The position numbers and the translations under genes were made by a program. 64,000 nucleotides of DNA from an uncultured Candidatus Saccharibacteria bacterium (lineage in GTDB: Bacteria > Patescibacteriota > Minisyncoccia > Phycocordibacterales > CAIRYW01), in NCBI GenBank assembly GCA_964446625.1, contig CAYUPH010000001.1:70283-134282 (forward strand), read 5' to 3'. Shown piece by piece: positions 1 to 9,686 of the stretch (within the stretch, counting starts at the first letter, position 1; every line of letters begins with the position of its first letter). The notes under the pieces were generated by a model that ran no database searches, was not told the origin of the DNA, and saw nothing but the letters and a program-made list of their open reading frames with translations.

Positions 1-3000
1 ACTATTTGTGTTTTTATCTACATCTGTAAAAGTTAGCAGACTGTCCCGAGAACCAGATAAGGTTCCAACCAGATTCGCAGATGTTGTTGCTACAGTAGAT
101 GATGTGTTTGATCTATAGATATTAAATGTAATTGGTGAAACTCCAGCGTCTGAAGACACATGAACATCTATGTTTGCTTTTCCGTTTGGAGTAGCGGGGC
201 ACCACCCGGTTGCAGAAATAACAGGAGTTGCAACCGACGCTTTATCAGCTTGACAGCTTTTTATACTTGTACCCTTAGAACAAGACCAGTTCCAGTATAA
301 GTTATTAGAACTGCTCGTTACCGCGCTCGCTGTCGAGCCTGGAAGACACAAGTCAGCACTCGGTGTTGCCTCAAAGTTTCCTCCATTCGCATCTCCACAA
401 CCTGCTTCATTTAAATTAATTGAACAGCTTGCTTTTGATCCTGTACCGTCAGAGCGATTGTTACACTCCCAGTAGTGAACTGAAGAAGTATCGGCAGTCG
501 TTCCTTCCATAAAATATCCACTCTCGCACTCGTTCTCAACGGTTGAACACACAGCCGGTGCCCTAAAGTAGGGCGCTGAACAAACCGCTGTTTTATTTTG
601 TGAAATACACTGCCATCTATACCATCCTTCTGAGTTTGATTTTTTCTCAGTTGTAAAATCCACGGGAGCCCCAATAGAACAAAGTTGCTCTGGAGGAAAA
701 TCAGTTATAACTTTTCCTAGTCCCAATTGACGGCCGTCTGCAAATGGTCCACAAGAAGGATTAAGAGTTGGGGTTCCTGTCATTGTCGCGCTACACGAAA
801 CATCTTTTGATGAGTCAGATCCTTTACATTTCCATGTAAGATTTCTTGAGTTTGTAGGACTTGTAATTTCAACACCTCCGTGAGACGCACACAGCACTCC
901 GTCTGCGGTAAGGTTCGTACTCTGTGGTACATTTGTTTGCCCATCGAGAGTTCCACACTCCCCGTTAAATGTAACATCTGCTAAACATGTCACATCTTCA
1001 GAGGCAATTTCTCCCTTACATATCCAACTATACCGTCGAATTCCATTGACGAGAGTTGGTCCTACAAATGATGAAGCAAAAGAATTTGAACAAAGATTCG
1101 TGTCACTTGCTGACGGAACTGTAGTTCTATCACCGGCTCCCGCCCCACAAACACCAGCAAGACAGTTGAAGTCTGCTTTTATTACATTTGAAAGCGCGGA
1201 TTCGCTACCATCTTTTTCTGCAGTGACCGCATAGTAATAATCCTTTGGTCTTCCATCTGTTAAATGGTCAGTAAATGTGGTTCCTGTTTGATTCGATGAT
1301 ACTTTTGTTACTCCCGAAGCAGTTGTGCTAGTGAATGTTGTAGCTGATTTGTACACATTGTATGTAACTCCTTGCGTAACTGAGGCAGTCCAAGAAAGTG
1401 GTACATCAAGAAGACTACAACTTAGGTTACCCACAACAAGATTTGTGGGTGCATGTGGTTTTACTTTGAAATCTATGTACTGGAGTACATAGTTGTTGTA
1501 ACAACCATTTACATGATGCACAAAAAAGTAAAATCTATATTCACCAGGTTCATTTGGAACAGTAAATGTGCCAAGTTCTGCATTTGGTGTATCTCGACTA
1601 CACCCAGGTGTTGCACATTCACCACTTCCTGTAAGCCACGCAACATACGGCACAGAGGACAAAACTGAAGAGGTTTTACCTGAGTCAGAAATAATCTGTG
1701 CAATACCTAATCTACTCTCTGCTCCACTAAATGTTGAGTATGCGCTTGCGGGAATCACAAGAGCCTCTGCATCAGACTTTTTTAGAATATATCCTGCCGC
1801 ATTCCCTGATACAGCTGAGTTCGCACATGAACTATAGGTGTAGTATCCGTATACCGTAAATTGCTCACCCGGATTGAATTCTTGATTATCAGCAATTCCT
1901 GAAAAAGAAATACTTATTCCCGGATCCGGACACCTACTGTTTGTTAGGTTCCTACTTGAGAAAACAAGTGCACCCGCATCAGCTGTTTGAGTAAAAGTAA
2001 GGGACGCAACAAGTGCAAACACTGCAATAGCTCCAATTTTCAAAAATCTTTTTCTATTTTTCCAAAGAAGAGCGATCAGAATGATTGCAACCACAAGACT
2101 AAGAAGTCCAACGAGAGCTGCTTTTTTATAATAATTAAATTGAATTTTATCAAAGTCTGCTGATAATTTTGTGGTTTTTTCTGCAAGAACCTTTCCTTCA
2201 CTACTCACTACTTCAATTTTTGCAATAAGTGCCTTTGCGTCTTTTTCTGCTGAGAGTGTGACATATTTGAGCCCAGCATCATTTGCTTTGAGCGTCATAC
2301 TAGTTTCGCCAACTGTCCTTCCTATCTCGTTTTTTACAATAACTTTTACTTGGTGGTCGCCGTATACATTCTGGTTGTCTGTGCTTAAAATGTCACCAGG
2401 CACGCCTCCAACATCAAAACTTACATTTAAAACGTCACCTTTTTTTACGCTATTTTTGTTTGATGTAATTGCTCCCACCGTCGCAATGTCTCCTGATATT
2501 ACGTACCTAAAACTGTACGGACTTGATCGTGATACACCAGTTTCGTCAAGAAAATCAAGTCTTCCTTCGTATACACCAGGTGCGTAATCAAAGGTCGGCA
2601 AACTTACTCTTACCTCTTTTTTTTCTTTTGTCTTTAAAGAAACACCCCCTTCATTCGATTTAACATCTGTCCAATTTCCTTCTTTATCATTCGGATTCCA
2701 TTTTCTAACTCGCACTGACGGAGTAACACTTACTTCTTTTGTATCACTGTTTTCAATAGTAAGTAAGAGTTCAGCAGTTTTTGGATCTCGGTCTTTATAA
2801 ATCATTGGACCTTCAGTGAGTCCAGTTTTTTTACCATTTGAAAGAAGAATATAACCAGAGAGCATATTTACTGGACTCATTTGTCCAGTTACTACAACAT
2901 TCTTCTGGACTTCACCCGAAACCATCTTTCCTCCGTGGTATACAAGAAGATCCAAAGAAAGATTGTCTTTATATAGTGAACGAGGAAGCACAAACTCAAA

Positions 3001-3324
3001 CTCTCGTGTAAGTCCTGATTTTGGAGCAATAACGAACTCTCCAACAAGATCTTCTGAGTAAACAACACTCTTTTGTTTTTTTGCATTTTCATAGAGAATA
3101 TTCACTTTGAGCGTCATCTCTGTAGCCGTGCGGTCAGAAAAGTTTTCAATTTTTATAGAACCTTTTATATTCTCCCCAGCAACAAGGTTTTCTGGAACAG
3201 AAAGTTCTGAAACCTTAACAGAAGGAAACCAAACAAGTCGTTCACCTGCTTGCCCAAATGCAGGCACCACCGCAACAAAAGCTAGTGCAGTAGAGAAAAT
3301 GAGAGAACAAATTTTTTTAAACAT
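1..3324 (-). CDS. Large secreted Cys/Gly/Thr-rich cell-surface protein, partial (over 1100 aa; C-terminus beyond window start). N-terminal signal peptide MFKKICSLIFSTALAFVAVVPAFGQAG. An internal hydrophobic helix plus KNRKRF is followed in-frame by a second signal-peptide-like segment.
   Basis: Continuous minus-strand reading frame from the ATG at 3324 with no stop down to position 1. Not in the ORF track because no stop lies in the window. Hand-translated; a segment around 2030-2100 was checked codon by codon. All reported minus ORFs in this region lie in a different frame. Confidence 0.55.
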   Translation of the reverse strand, partial: MFKKICSLIFSTALAFVAVVPAFGQAGERLVWFPSVKVSELSVPENLVAGENIKGSIKIENFSDRTATEMTLKVNILYENAKKQKSVVYSEDLVGEFVIAPKSGLTREFEFVLPRSLYKDNLSLDLLVYHGGKMVSGEVQKNVVVTGQMSPVNMLSGYILLSNGKKTGLTEGPMIYKDRDPKTAELLLTIENSDTKEVSVTPSVRVRKWNPNDKEGNWTDVKSNEGGVSLKTKEKKEVRVSLPTFDYAPGVYEGRLDFLDETGVSRSSPYSFRYVISGDIATVGAITSNKNSVKKGDVLNVSFDVGGVPGDILSTDNQNVYGDHQVKVIVKNEIGRTVGETSMTLKANDAGLKYVTLSAEKDAKALIAKIEVVSSEGKVLAEKTTKLSADFDKIQFNYYKKAALVGLLSLVVAIILIALLWKNRKRFLKIGAIAVFALVASLTFTQTADAGALVFSSRNLTNSRCPDPGISISFSGIADNQEFNPGEQFTVYGYYTYSSCANSAVSGNAAGYILKKSDAEALVIPASAYSTFSGAESRLGIAQIISDSGKTSSVLSSVPYVAWLTGSGECATPGCSRDTPNAELGTFTVPNEPGEYRFYFFVHHVNGCYNNYVLQYIDFKVKPHAPTNLVVGNLSCSLLDVPLSWTASVTQGVTYNVYKSATTFTSTTASGVTKVSSNQTGTTFTDHLTDGRPKDYYYAVTAEKDGSESALSNVIKADFNCLAGVCGAGAGDRTTVPSASDTNLCSNSFASSFVGPTLVNGIRRYSWICKGEIASEDVTCLADVTFNGECGTLDGQTNVPQSTNLTADGVLCASHGGVEITSPTNSRNLTWKCKGSDSSKDVSCSATMTGTPTLNPSCGPFADGRQLGLGKVITDFPPEQLCSIGAPVDFTTEKKSNSEGWYRWQCISQNKTAVCSAPYFRAPAVCSTVENECESGYFMEGTTADTSSVHYWECNNRSDGTGSKASCSINLNEAGCGDANGGNFEATPSADLCLPGSTASAVTSSSNNLYWNWSCSKGTSIKSCQADKASVATPVISATGWCPATPNGKANIDVHVSSDAGVSPITFNIYRSNTSSTVATTSANLVGTLSGSRDSLLTFTDVDKNTNS

Positions 3325-3370
3325 ACGAATAATAGTTTTTATAATAATATTTTCTTAATTCTACCACCCT

Positions 3371-3398
3371 TTGACAAAATCGAGCAAAAGCGTATAAT
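3371..3398 (+). promoter_or_regulatory. Sigma-70-like promoter: TTGACA (3371-3376), 16-nt spacer, TATAAT (3393-3398), upstream of nusA.
   Basis: Exact consensus hexamers with canonical spacing, about 105 nt upstream of the nusA start. Confidence 0.5.
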
Positions 3399-3502
3399 GT
3401 GGATAACAGTCTAGAAATTCCGAAAAAGGTCTGCCGCGAGGCGGACTTTATTGTTTTCTGACTAAAACGGCTCGAAATTAAAGAAAATAACAAAAAAACA
3501 CC

Positions 3503-4741
3503 ATGTTTGACCTAAAAGTAATACATTCTGTCCTCTCTCAACTAGAAGAAGAGCGTGGAATCCCAAGACAAAAAGTAATCGAGGCTATAGAACTAGCTCT
3601 CGCAACAGCATATAAGAAGGAATACGGTAAAAGAGGCCAGATTGTACGGGCTACTTTTGACCCTGACACTGGAAAAACTGACTTCGTACAGGTAAAAGTT
3701 GTCGTAGACAACACTCAAGTTGTAATGGAGGACGAAGAAGTAGCTCCGGACGACGAGAGAATCAGATACAATGAAGAGCACCATATTCTTATAGATGACG
3801 CTAAAAAGATTAAAAAAGACGCTGCTCTCGACGACGAAATCGTATTTCCCCTTGAAAGTAAAGCTGATTTTGGCCGAATCGCTGCCCAAACAGCAAAGCA
3901 AGTAATCATTCAAAAGATTAGAGAAGCGGAAAAAGTCTCTGTTTTTGGAGAATACGGTGAAAAGGAAGGCACAATTGTCACAGGAAGCGTTCAGAGGATT
4001 GAGCGGGGAAACATCTTTTTTGACATGGGACGCGCCTCTGGAATCCTCCCCTACGAGGAGCAAATTCCTGGAGAAAGATACCGACAGGGAGAAAAAATTC
4101 GAATGTACCTCACAAAAGTAGAGGAAACTCCAAGAGGGGTCTTCCTCCGTCTCTCTAGGGCACATCCTAAATTCCTAGAGAAACTCTTTGAAAACGAAGT
4201 ACCTGAGCTTACAGCCGGAACTATCGAGATTAGAGCAATCGCAAGAGAAGCAGGGTCACGCTCAAAGGTTGCTGTGTACTCAAATGACACTCATATTGAC
4301 CCAATTGGTTCAATGGTAGGTCAGAGAGGAGTTCGTGTTTCAACTGTAATGAGCGAACTAGGAGGTGAGAAAATTGATATTATAGAGTGGTCAAATGACC
4401 CTGAAATCTTTGTTTCCGACTCTCTTTCACCTGCAAAAGTGGAATCAGTCGTCGTAGACAACACTGCAAACACTGCAACGGTTGAAGTTACTGAAGACCA
4501 GCAGTCGCTTGCCATTGGTAAAGGAGGACAAAATGTTCGTCTTGCAGCAAAACTTACTGGATACAAGATTGATATCAAATCAATCAAAGGAAACGGCGAA
4601 GCAGTAGAAGAAAAAGCTCCTGTAGCAAATGAGGTAGAAGATGATGACGAAGGCTACAGCGACCTTTCTTCAGTAAACCTAAGTGACGATACTCAAAACG
4701 AAGAGGAAACTACACCTGAAAATACAGAGGAAAACGCATAA
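3503..4741 (+). CDS. nusA: Transcription termination/antitermination factor NusA
   Basis: 412 aa with NusA N-terminal domain, S1 and tandem KH regions (e.g. IDPIGSMVGQRGVRV, AIGKGGQNVRLA) and an acidic C-terminal tail. Confidence 0.92.
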   Translation: MFDLKVIHSVLSQLEEERGIPRQKVIEAIELALATAYKKEYGKRGQIVRATFDPDTGKTDFVQVKVVVDNTQVVMEDEEVAPDDERIRYNEEHHILIDDAKKIKKDAALDDEIVFPLESKADFGRIAAQTAKQVIIQKIREAEKVSVFGEYGEKEGTIVTGSVQRIERGNIFFDMGRASGILPYEEQIPGERYRQGEKIRMYLTKVEETPRGVFLRLSRAHPKFLEKLFENEVPELTAGTIEIRAIAREAGSRSKVAVYSNDTHIDPIGSMVGQRGVRVSTVMSELGGEKIDIIEWSNDPEIFVSDSLSPAKVESVVVDNTANTATVEVTEDQQSLAIGKGGQNVRLAAKLTGYKIDIKSIKGNGEAVEEKAPVANEVEDDDEGYSDLSSVNLSDDTQNEEETTPENTEENA

Positions 4742-4766
4742 TTTATTAGTATTTAACAAAAAATCT

Positions 4767-5291
4767 ATGAATCTATGGCACGATATACCTGCTGGAGAAG
4801 CTGATGAGATCAATGTCATCATCGAAAATCCAAAAGGAAACAAGAACAAGTACGAAATTGATAAGAAAACAGGCCTTATTGCACTGGACCGGGTAATGCA
4901 CACATCTCAGGATTTTCCGTTTGACTACGGTTTTGTTCCGCAAACACTGTGGGAAGACGGAGACCCACTTGATGTTGTTGTTCTTACAACTTACCCCCTT
5001 CACCCTGGAGTGCTTGTTCGAGTGCGGCCAATTGCACGCATGGATATGAATGATAGTGGTGATGATGACGTAAAAATCATTGCCGTACCTTGTGAAGACC
5101 CAAGATGGGCAGATGTAAAAGACCTTGGAGACATAAACAAGCACACAGTAAAAGAATTTGAACACTACTTCCTTACTTACAAAAACCTTCAGAACAAGAA
5201 AGTTGAAGTAAATGGCTGGAGCGGAGCAGAAAAAGCAAAAGAAGCTTTCGAGAAAAGCCAAGCTCTCTACAAAGAAAAATTCCAAAAATAA
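4767..5291 (+). CDS. ppa: Inorganic pyrophosphatase
   Basis: MNLWHDIPAG...NPKGNKNKYEIDKKTG...DGDPLDVVVL is the family I PPase signature. Start placed at the ATG at 4767; the track ORF start at 4683 overlaps the nusA end. Confidence 0.9.
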   Translation: MNLWHDIPAGEADEINVIIENPKGNKNKYEIDKKTGLIALDRVMHTSQDFPFDYGFVPQTLWEDGDPLDVVVLTTYPLHPGVLVRVRPIARMDMNDSGDDDVKIIAVPCEDPRWADVKDLGDINKHTVKEFEHYFLTYKNLQNKKVEVNGWSGAEKAKEAFEKSQALYKEKFQK

Positions 5292-5307
5292 ATTACACCA
5301 CAGAAAA

Positions 5308-5336
5308 AAACGCCAAAACAAAGGCGTTTTTTTCTT
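5308..5336 (+). terminator. Rho-independent terminator after ppa
   Basis: Hairpin AACGCC-aaaacaa-AGGCGTT followed by a T7 run. Confidence 0.7.
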
Positions 5337-5453
5337 TTGCACCAAAATAGGTGAAAGATGTCTCGAAAAAAAGTATAATAGAGAGGTGTTTGAATACCTT
5401 TTCTACTATCAAACACTATTGTTCAAACACTATTGTTAGTTAACAAAAAAATA

Positions 5454-6197
5454 ATGAAAAACAAGTATATTATTCTTACATTACTCGCACTCCTTGCTTC
5501 CCCCGCACTTGCAGGTGCTGAAGAAGGAAAACAAGGACCTCGTAAGGAAATAAATGAGATGCGCGGAGAAATGCGAAAGGAAGTTAGTGAGAAAAAAGAT
5601 GAACTCAAAACTGACAGACAAGAAAAGAGACAGGAAATTAAAGACATGCGCGCGGCTTCTTCAACAAAGGAAGAAATTCGAGCACGAATTAAAACCTTAG
5701 AAGAAGAATGGAAAGAAAAGAAATCTCTTACAAAAGAAGAAATTCAAAAAAAGAGAGAAGAATTTAAAGCAAAAGCAAAGGAATTTCTCGCAAACTTCAA
5801 AGAAGGTAAAAAACAAAAGCTCGACGCGGCAAAAACTGAAAAAGTAAAAACTCAAATTTCTAAAGCGTTCGAAAGACTATCAGGAGTGATTAAAAATCTT
5901 GAAGCTTTTGATGCAAAAGTAGCAGGAGCGATAGAAAAGAAAAAAGCGAAAGGTTTAGACACGACAGAAAGTGAAAATAACCTAAGTGCAGCTCGAGACC
6001 TTCTCTCTGATGCAAAAGCAGATGTAGAAGCAGTTCAGACAGCACTAAATGAAGCTGTTGGAAGCGCTGAGGGAACTTCAAAAGAAGCGATTCGAGCGGC
6101 AGTAACAAAAGCAATTGAGTCAATCAAAAATACAAGAGAAGCATACAGAAAAGTAATCACTTCTCTACCGAAAGGAGATGACGACACTCAAAACTAA
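5454..6197 (+). CDS. Secreted K/E-rich coiled-coil protein (hypothetical)
   Basis: Signal peptide MKNKYIILTLLALLASPALAGA followed by a highly charged repetitive sequence. The track ORF starts at 5433; the internal Met at 5454 fits the signal peptide better. Confidence 0.55.
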   Translation: MKNKYIILTLLALLASPALAGAEEGKQGPRKEINEMRGEMRKEVSEKKDELKTDRQEKRQEIKDMRAASSTKEEIRARIKTLEEEWKEKKSLTKEEIQKKREEFKAKAKEFLANFKEGKKQKLDAAKTEKVKTQISKAFERLSGVIKNLEAFDAKVAGAIEKKKAKGLDTTESENNLSAARDLLSDAKADVEAVQTALNEAVGSAEGTSKEAIRAAVTKAIESIKNTREAYRKVITSLPKGDDDTQN

Positions 6198-6222
6198 ATT
6201 ATAAAAACAACAAATAAAGCAC

Positions 6223-6492
6223 ATGGATACATCAAACAATATGCCTCTACCTAGAAACCCTGACCTAGAAGGATCATTTGGTTCAAAAGTAGCAATCGTT
6301 ATTATCGTACTTATTGTTCTACTTGGTGGCGCATATTTCTTCATGACACGAAACAGCCAAAAAATGGACAATGTGCAAACTGAAGAGACAGTTACTTCCC
6401 CTTCTGGAGAAGAACTTCAAAGTGAACTTGATTCAAGTACAAATGTCTCAGTAGATGCAGAGCTTAGTAACATCGATAAGGAGTATAAATAA
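6223..6492 (+). CDS. Small single-pass membrane protein (hypothetical)
   Basis: 89 aa with TM segment VAIVIIVLIVLLGGAYFF, followed by a strong terminator. Confidence 0.45.
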   Translation: MDTSNNMPLPRNPDLEGSFGSKVAIVIIVLIVLLGGAYFFMTRNSQKMDNVQTEETVTSPSGEELQSELDSSTNVSVDAELSNIDKEYK

Positions 6493-6504
6493 ACAAAATA
6501 CTCT

Positions 6505-6542
6505 GCCTCCGCCGCTCCCGAAGGGAGCGGCGGAGTTTTTCT
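6505..6542 (+). terminator. Rho-independent terminator
   Basis: CTCCGCCGCTCCC-gaa-GGGAGCGGCGGAG followed by TTTTT. Confidence 0.8.
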
Positions 6543-6601
6543 TGTCTTTTTTCTTTTGGCGTGTAATATAGGGAAACATTTAATAAATACTAAAGTCACC
6601 A

Positions 6602-7591
6602 ATGATAAAGATTATAAAAAACGAAAAAGGGGCAGATTCGACACGCACACTAGAGGTTGAAATCGCGTGGGCAGCAGTCGAAAAAAGCAAGGAAAAAACT
6701 TTCGAGAGTCTAAAAAACACTTTTGAGCTTCCTGGCTTTCGAAAAGGAAAAGTGCCCGAAAAAATGATTCTAGAAAAAGTTGGCGAAGAGGCTCTCCTTG
6801 AAGAGTCCGCTCAAAACGCTATCGAAGATGTCTACGGCGACATTATGAAAGAAGCAAACATCTTTCCAGTTGCAATGCCTCGAGTTGTTATCAAAAAAAT
6901 CGAGAGTGGCTCTCCACTTCTTATTGAAATTCTTGTTGATGTATTTCCAGAAATCTCTATCGGAGACTGGAAGAAAAATGCTTCAAAAGTAAAAGTAGAA
7001 ACTCCAGAAGAAGTCACAGAAAAAGAAGTAGAAGATGTTGTCGCAGAAATTACACGAATGCGTGCCCCTGAAGGAGGAACCCTTACAGATGATTTCGTCA
7101 AAACTCTAGGAGATTTTAAAGATATTCAAGATTTTAAAGACAAGATAAAAGATAACCTTGCAAAAGAAAAGGAGCGAAAAGCAAAAGAGAAAACAAGACT
7201 TGCGAAACTAAAGGCTGTCACAGATGGAGCGAGTATTGAAGTACCGCACTCTTTTGTTGAAAACGAGCTGGAGCAAATGAAGCACGAGTTCTCTGTTGAC
7301 CTTGAACAAAGTGGAGAGAATTTTGAAAACTACAAAAAGCAGATTGGAAAAACAGATGCAGAGATTTTTGACCTTTGGCGACCAAAAGCAAAAGACCGAG
7401 TACTAAATGAACTTGTTCTCTCAGAAATTATTAAAACCGAAAAACTCACTGCTGACGCAGAAAAACAAAAGCACGAAGTAGAGCATTTAAAAGAGCACTA
7501 CCCAGACGCAACAGATGAAAAGCTAAACAATTTCGTTTCTGACTTACTAAAAAAAGAAGAAGCATTTAAACTTCTCGAAAGTCTCTCATAA
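6602..7591 (+). CDS. tig: Trigger factor, short form probably lacking the PPIase domain
   Basis: N-terminal ribosome-binding signature PGFRKGKVP; 329 aa, shorter than canonical 430-aa TF. Confidence 0.7.
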   Translation: MIKIIKNEKGADSTRTLEVEIAWAAVEKSKEKTFESLKNTFELPGFRKGKVPEKMILEKVGEEALLEESAQNAIEDVYGDIMKEANIFPVAMPRVVIKKIESGSPLLIEILVDVFPEISIGDWKKNASKVKVETPEEVTEKEVEDVVAEITRMRAPEGGTLTDDFVKTLGDFKDIQDFKDKIKDNLAKEKERKAKEKTRLAKLKAVTDGASIEVPHSFVENELEQMKHEFSVDLEQSGENFENYKKQIGKTDAEIFDLWRPKAKDRVLNELVLSEIIKTEKLTADAEKQKHEVEHLKEHYPDATDEKLNNFVSDLLKKEEAFKLLESLS

Positions 7592-7597
7592 TAAAAA

Positions 7598-7627
7598 AGC
7601 CCTCCGCTTTGCGGAGGGCTTTTTTAA
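7598..7627. terminator. Bidirectional intrinsic terminator between tig (+) and rsmE (-)
   Basis: AAAAAA-GCCCTCCGC-ttt-GCGGAGGGC-TTTTTT: palindrome flanked by an A-run and a T-run. Confidence 0.8.
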
Positions 7628-8319
7628 ATCCCTGCAAAAGCAAGTGCTGCAATTGCAGCAGTTTCGGCTCGAAGCGTAAGGGATCCAAGTGAAATAGTTT
7701 GAGTATTATATTTTTCAAAAATTTCTTTTTCTTTTTCACTCCACCCTCCTTCAGGCCCAATAAAAATTGAGAGCGTGCTTCCAAAATCAAAATCTTTTGC
7801 AGAAACTCCGTCCATGTCACAAATAATTATTTTTCTTTCTTCTTTACTTTCTTTTTCGAGTGCATCTTGAAGATTCGTACTTCCGCAAAGAACAGGCACA
7901 TCTCCTCGCCCTGATTGTTCACTTGCTTCCATTAAAATCTTTTCTATTCTCTCGGGATTTAAATTTTTCAGAAGGGTCCTTTCTGTGCAAAGGGGTACAA
8001 TTCGACTCACTCCTAGCTCTGTCGCTTTTTCAGAAACTAATTCAAAATTTTCTTTCTTTATAACTGACATGTAAAGTGTAATATCTTTAGAAAACTTTCT
8101 GACTTCTCTTTCTGCACCAATTTTGATTACCAAATCATCTTTTGTGATTCGAACTATCTCGGCTTCTTTTTCTGTTCCATCTCCATTAAAAATAATTATT
8201 CCCTCTCCGCTCCCAAGACGAAAAACATTTTTAATTTGGTGGATTATCCTTTCTTCAGTAATCCGCACTTCGGCACCACTGCCTATCTTTTCTTTTACAA
8301 AAAATCTATGTAGTCTCAT
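7624..8319 (-). CDS. rsmE: 16S rRNA (uracil1498-N3)-methyltransferase RsmE
   Basis: MRLHRFFV N-terminus and C-terminal GPEGGWSEKE motif typical of RsmE. Start chosen at the Met at 8319 immediately after the upstream gene's stop; the track start at 8352 is an alternative. Confidence 0.8.
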   Translation of the reverse strand: MRLHRFFVKEKIGSGAEVRITEERIIHQIKNVFRLGSGEGIIIFNGDGTEKEAEIVRITKDDLVIKIGAEREVRKFSKDITLYMSVIKKENFELVSEKATELGVSRIVPLCTERTLLKNLNPERIEKILMEASEQSGRGDVPVLCGSTNLQDALEKESKEERKIIICDMDGVSAKDFDFGSTLSIFIGPEGGWSEKEKEIFEKYNTQTISLGSLTLRAETAAIAALAFAGI

Positions 8320-8320
8320 A

Positions 8321-8824
8321 TTACACTCCAAAATTTCTAAAGAAGATTCCAACTATGTATGCAATCGACGCCGCTACCCCTCCAACAAATACGGTCTCTG
8401 CGCATGTGACAAAAATATTTTTGTGTGTAATCCGTCCTCTTGCGTATCCTGTAAAAAGAAACGCAAGAAATGTTCCAATAATAGAGTAAACAAATTGTTC
8501 AGTCTTACTAAGTCCAAGTGCAAGAGAAAAAATAAATGGTATGAGAGGTACAATCCCCACAATCACAAAAGCAAAGAAAGTAGTAAGCGCTGAGTAAATT
8601 GCAGTGTGGTGGTGCCTGTCATCTTCCTCAGACTTTTTTGCAAGAAAGTTTGATGCCGCCATAGAGAAGCCGTCTGCAAGCACATTCGAAATTCCGAGCA
8701 CAAGTACAACAAGTGGTGAAAGGTCCGCTCCATACACACCTCCAATAATTGCAAATGTAGTCACTACTCCATCAATTGCTCCGTACACTCCGTCTGGCAA
8801 ATACTTTTTTATTTTCTGCTTCAT
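8321..8824 (-). CDS. VIT1/CCC1 (DUF125) family iron/manganese transporter-like membrane protein
   Basis: YLPDGVYGAIDGVVTTFAIIGGV motif and multiple TM helices. Confidence 0.7.
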   Translation of the reverse strand: MKQKIKKYLPDGVYGAIDGVVTTFAIIGGVYGADLSPLVVLVLGISNVLADGFSMAASNFLAKKSEEDDRHHHTAIYSALTTFFAFVIVGIVPLIPFIFSLALGLSKTEQFVYSIIGTFLAFLFTGYARGRITHKNIFVTCAETVFVGGVAASIAYIVGIFFRNFGV

Positions 8825-8895
8825 GCTTCTATACTAGCATATTTAAAATCACTTGGACTGCTTTTAGTTTTAAATAAAAAATGTAATATATTCCT

Positions 8896-9684
8896 GTGAA
8901 ACGAGATGTAAAACAGTTCAAAAAGGAAGTGTGGAACTTCTACAAAAAAGCAGGTCGCAGGCTACCTTGGCGTGAAACGAAGGATCCATACCATATTCTA
9001 GTATCTGAAATCATGCTCCAGCAGACAGGAGTAAATCGCGTACTGCCAAAATACGAAGAGTTTCTTCAATCTTTCCCTACTGTCAGAGCTCTTGCTAACG
9101 CACCACTTACAGAAGTACTAGGGATATGGATAGGACTTGGATACAACCGAAGAGCAAAGTTTCTTTGGCAAGCAGCAAAAGTGATCACTGAAACAGTGGG
9201 TGAAACATTCCCAAGAACAATGAACGAACTGGTGAAACTGCCAGGAGTTGGTACATCAACTGCAGGGGCACTTCTCAATTTTTCTTTTGAAACAGCGCAT
9301 CCATTTATTGAGACAAACATACGAACAGTCTATATTCATCACTTTTGGAAAAATGCAAAAACAAAAGTCAGTGACAAAGACATACTTGCACTCGTTGAAG
9401 AAACACTCGATCGGAAAAATCCTCGTGAGTGGTTTTATGCGCTTTATGATTACGGCACACATCTCAAAAAAACACTCCATAGAGACCCTGCTCAAAAAAG
9501 TCGGCATTACAAAAAGCAGTCTACCTTCAAAGGTTCCTTTCGCGAGAAAAGAGCATTCATTTTAAAACTACTTATAAAAGAAAAAGTGGGTCAGAAAAAT
9601 CTGAAAAAACTTTTTGCAGAAAAATTTAAAAGTGAAGATTTCAGTGAAGTACTCACCTCCCTCAAAAAAGATTCTTTAGTTTAA
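8896..9684 (+). CDS. HhH-GPD superfamily DNA glycosylase (MutY/EndoIII-like, apparently lacking the Fe-S Cys cluster)
   Basis: LPWR..DPYHILVSEIMLQQT, helix-hairpin-helix LPGVG and the IETNIRTV region; no C-terminal Cys4 motif seen. Confidence 0.75.
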   Translation: MKRDVKQFKKEVWNFYKKAGRRLPWRETKDPYHILVSEIMLQQTGVNRVLPKYEEFLQSFPTVRALANAPLTEVLGIWIGLGYNRRAKFLWQAAKVITETVGETFPRTMNELVKLPGVGTSTAGALLNFSFETAHPFIETNIRTVYIHHFWKNAKTKVSDKDILALVEETLDRKNPREWFYALYDYGTHLKKTLHRDPAQKSRHYKKQSTFKGSFREKRAFILKLLIKEKVGQKNLKKLFAEKFKSEDFSEVLTSLKKDSLV

Positions 9685-9686
9685 AA

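Noticed and set aside
3593-4587. Minus-strand ORFs inside nusA (190, 64, 79 and 88 aa)
   Set aside because: Antisense to a high-confidence conserved gene; Ser/Cys-rich shadow-frame translations.
8123-8837. Plus-strand ORFs 8123-8593 (156 aa) and 8604-8837 (77 aa)
   Set aside because: Low-complexity, Cys/Lys-rich translations antisense to the well-supported rsmE and VIT-family genes.
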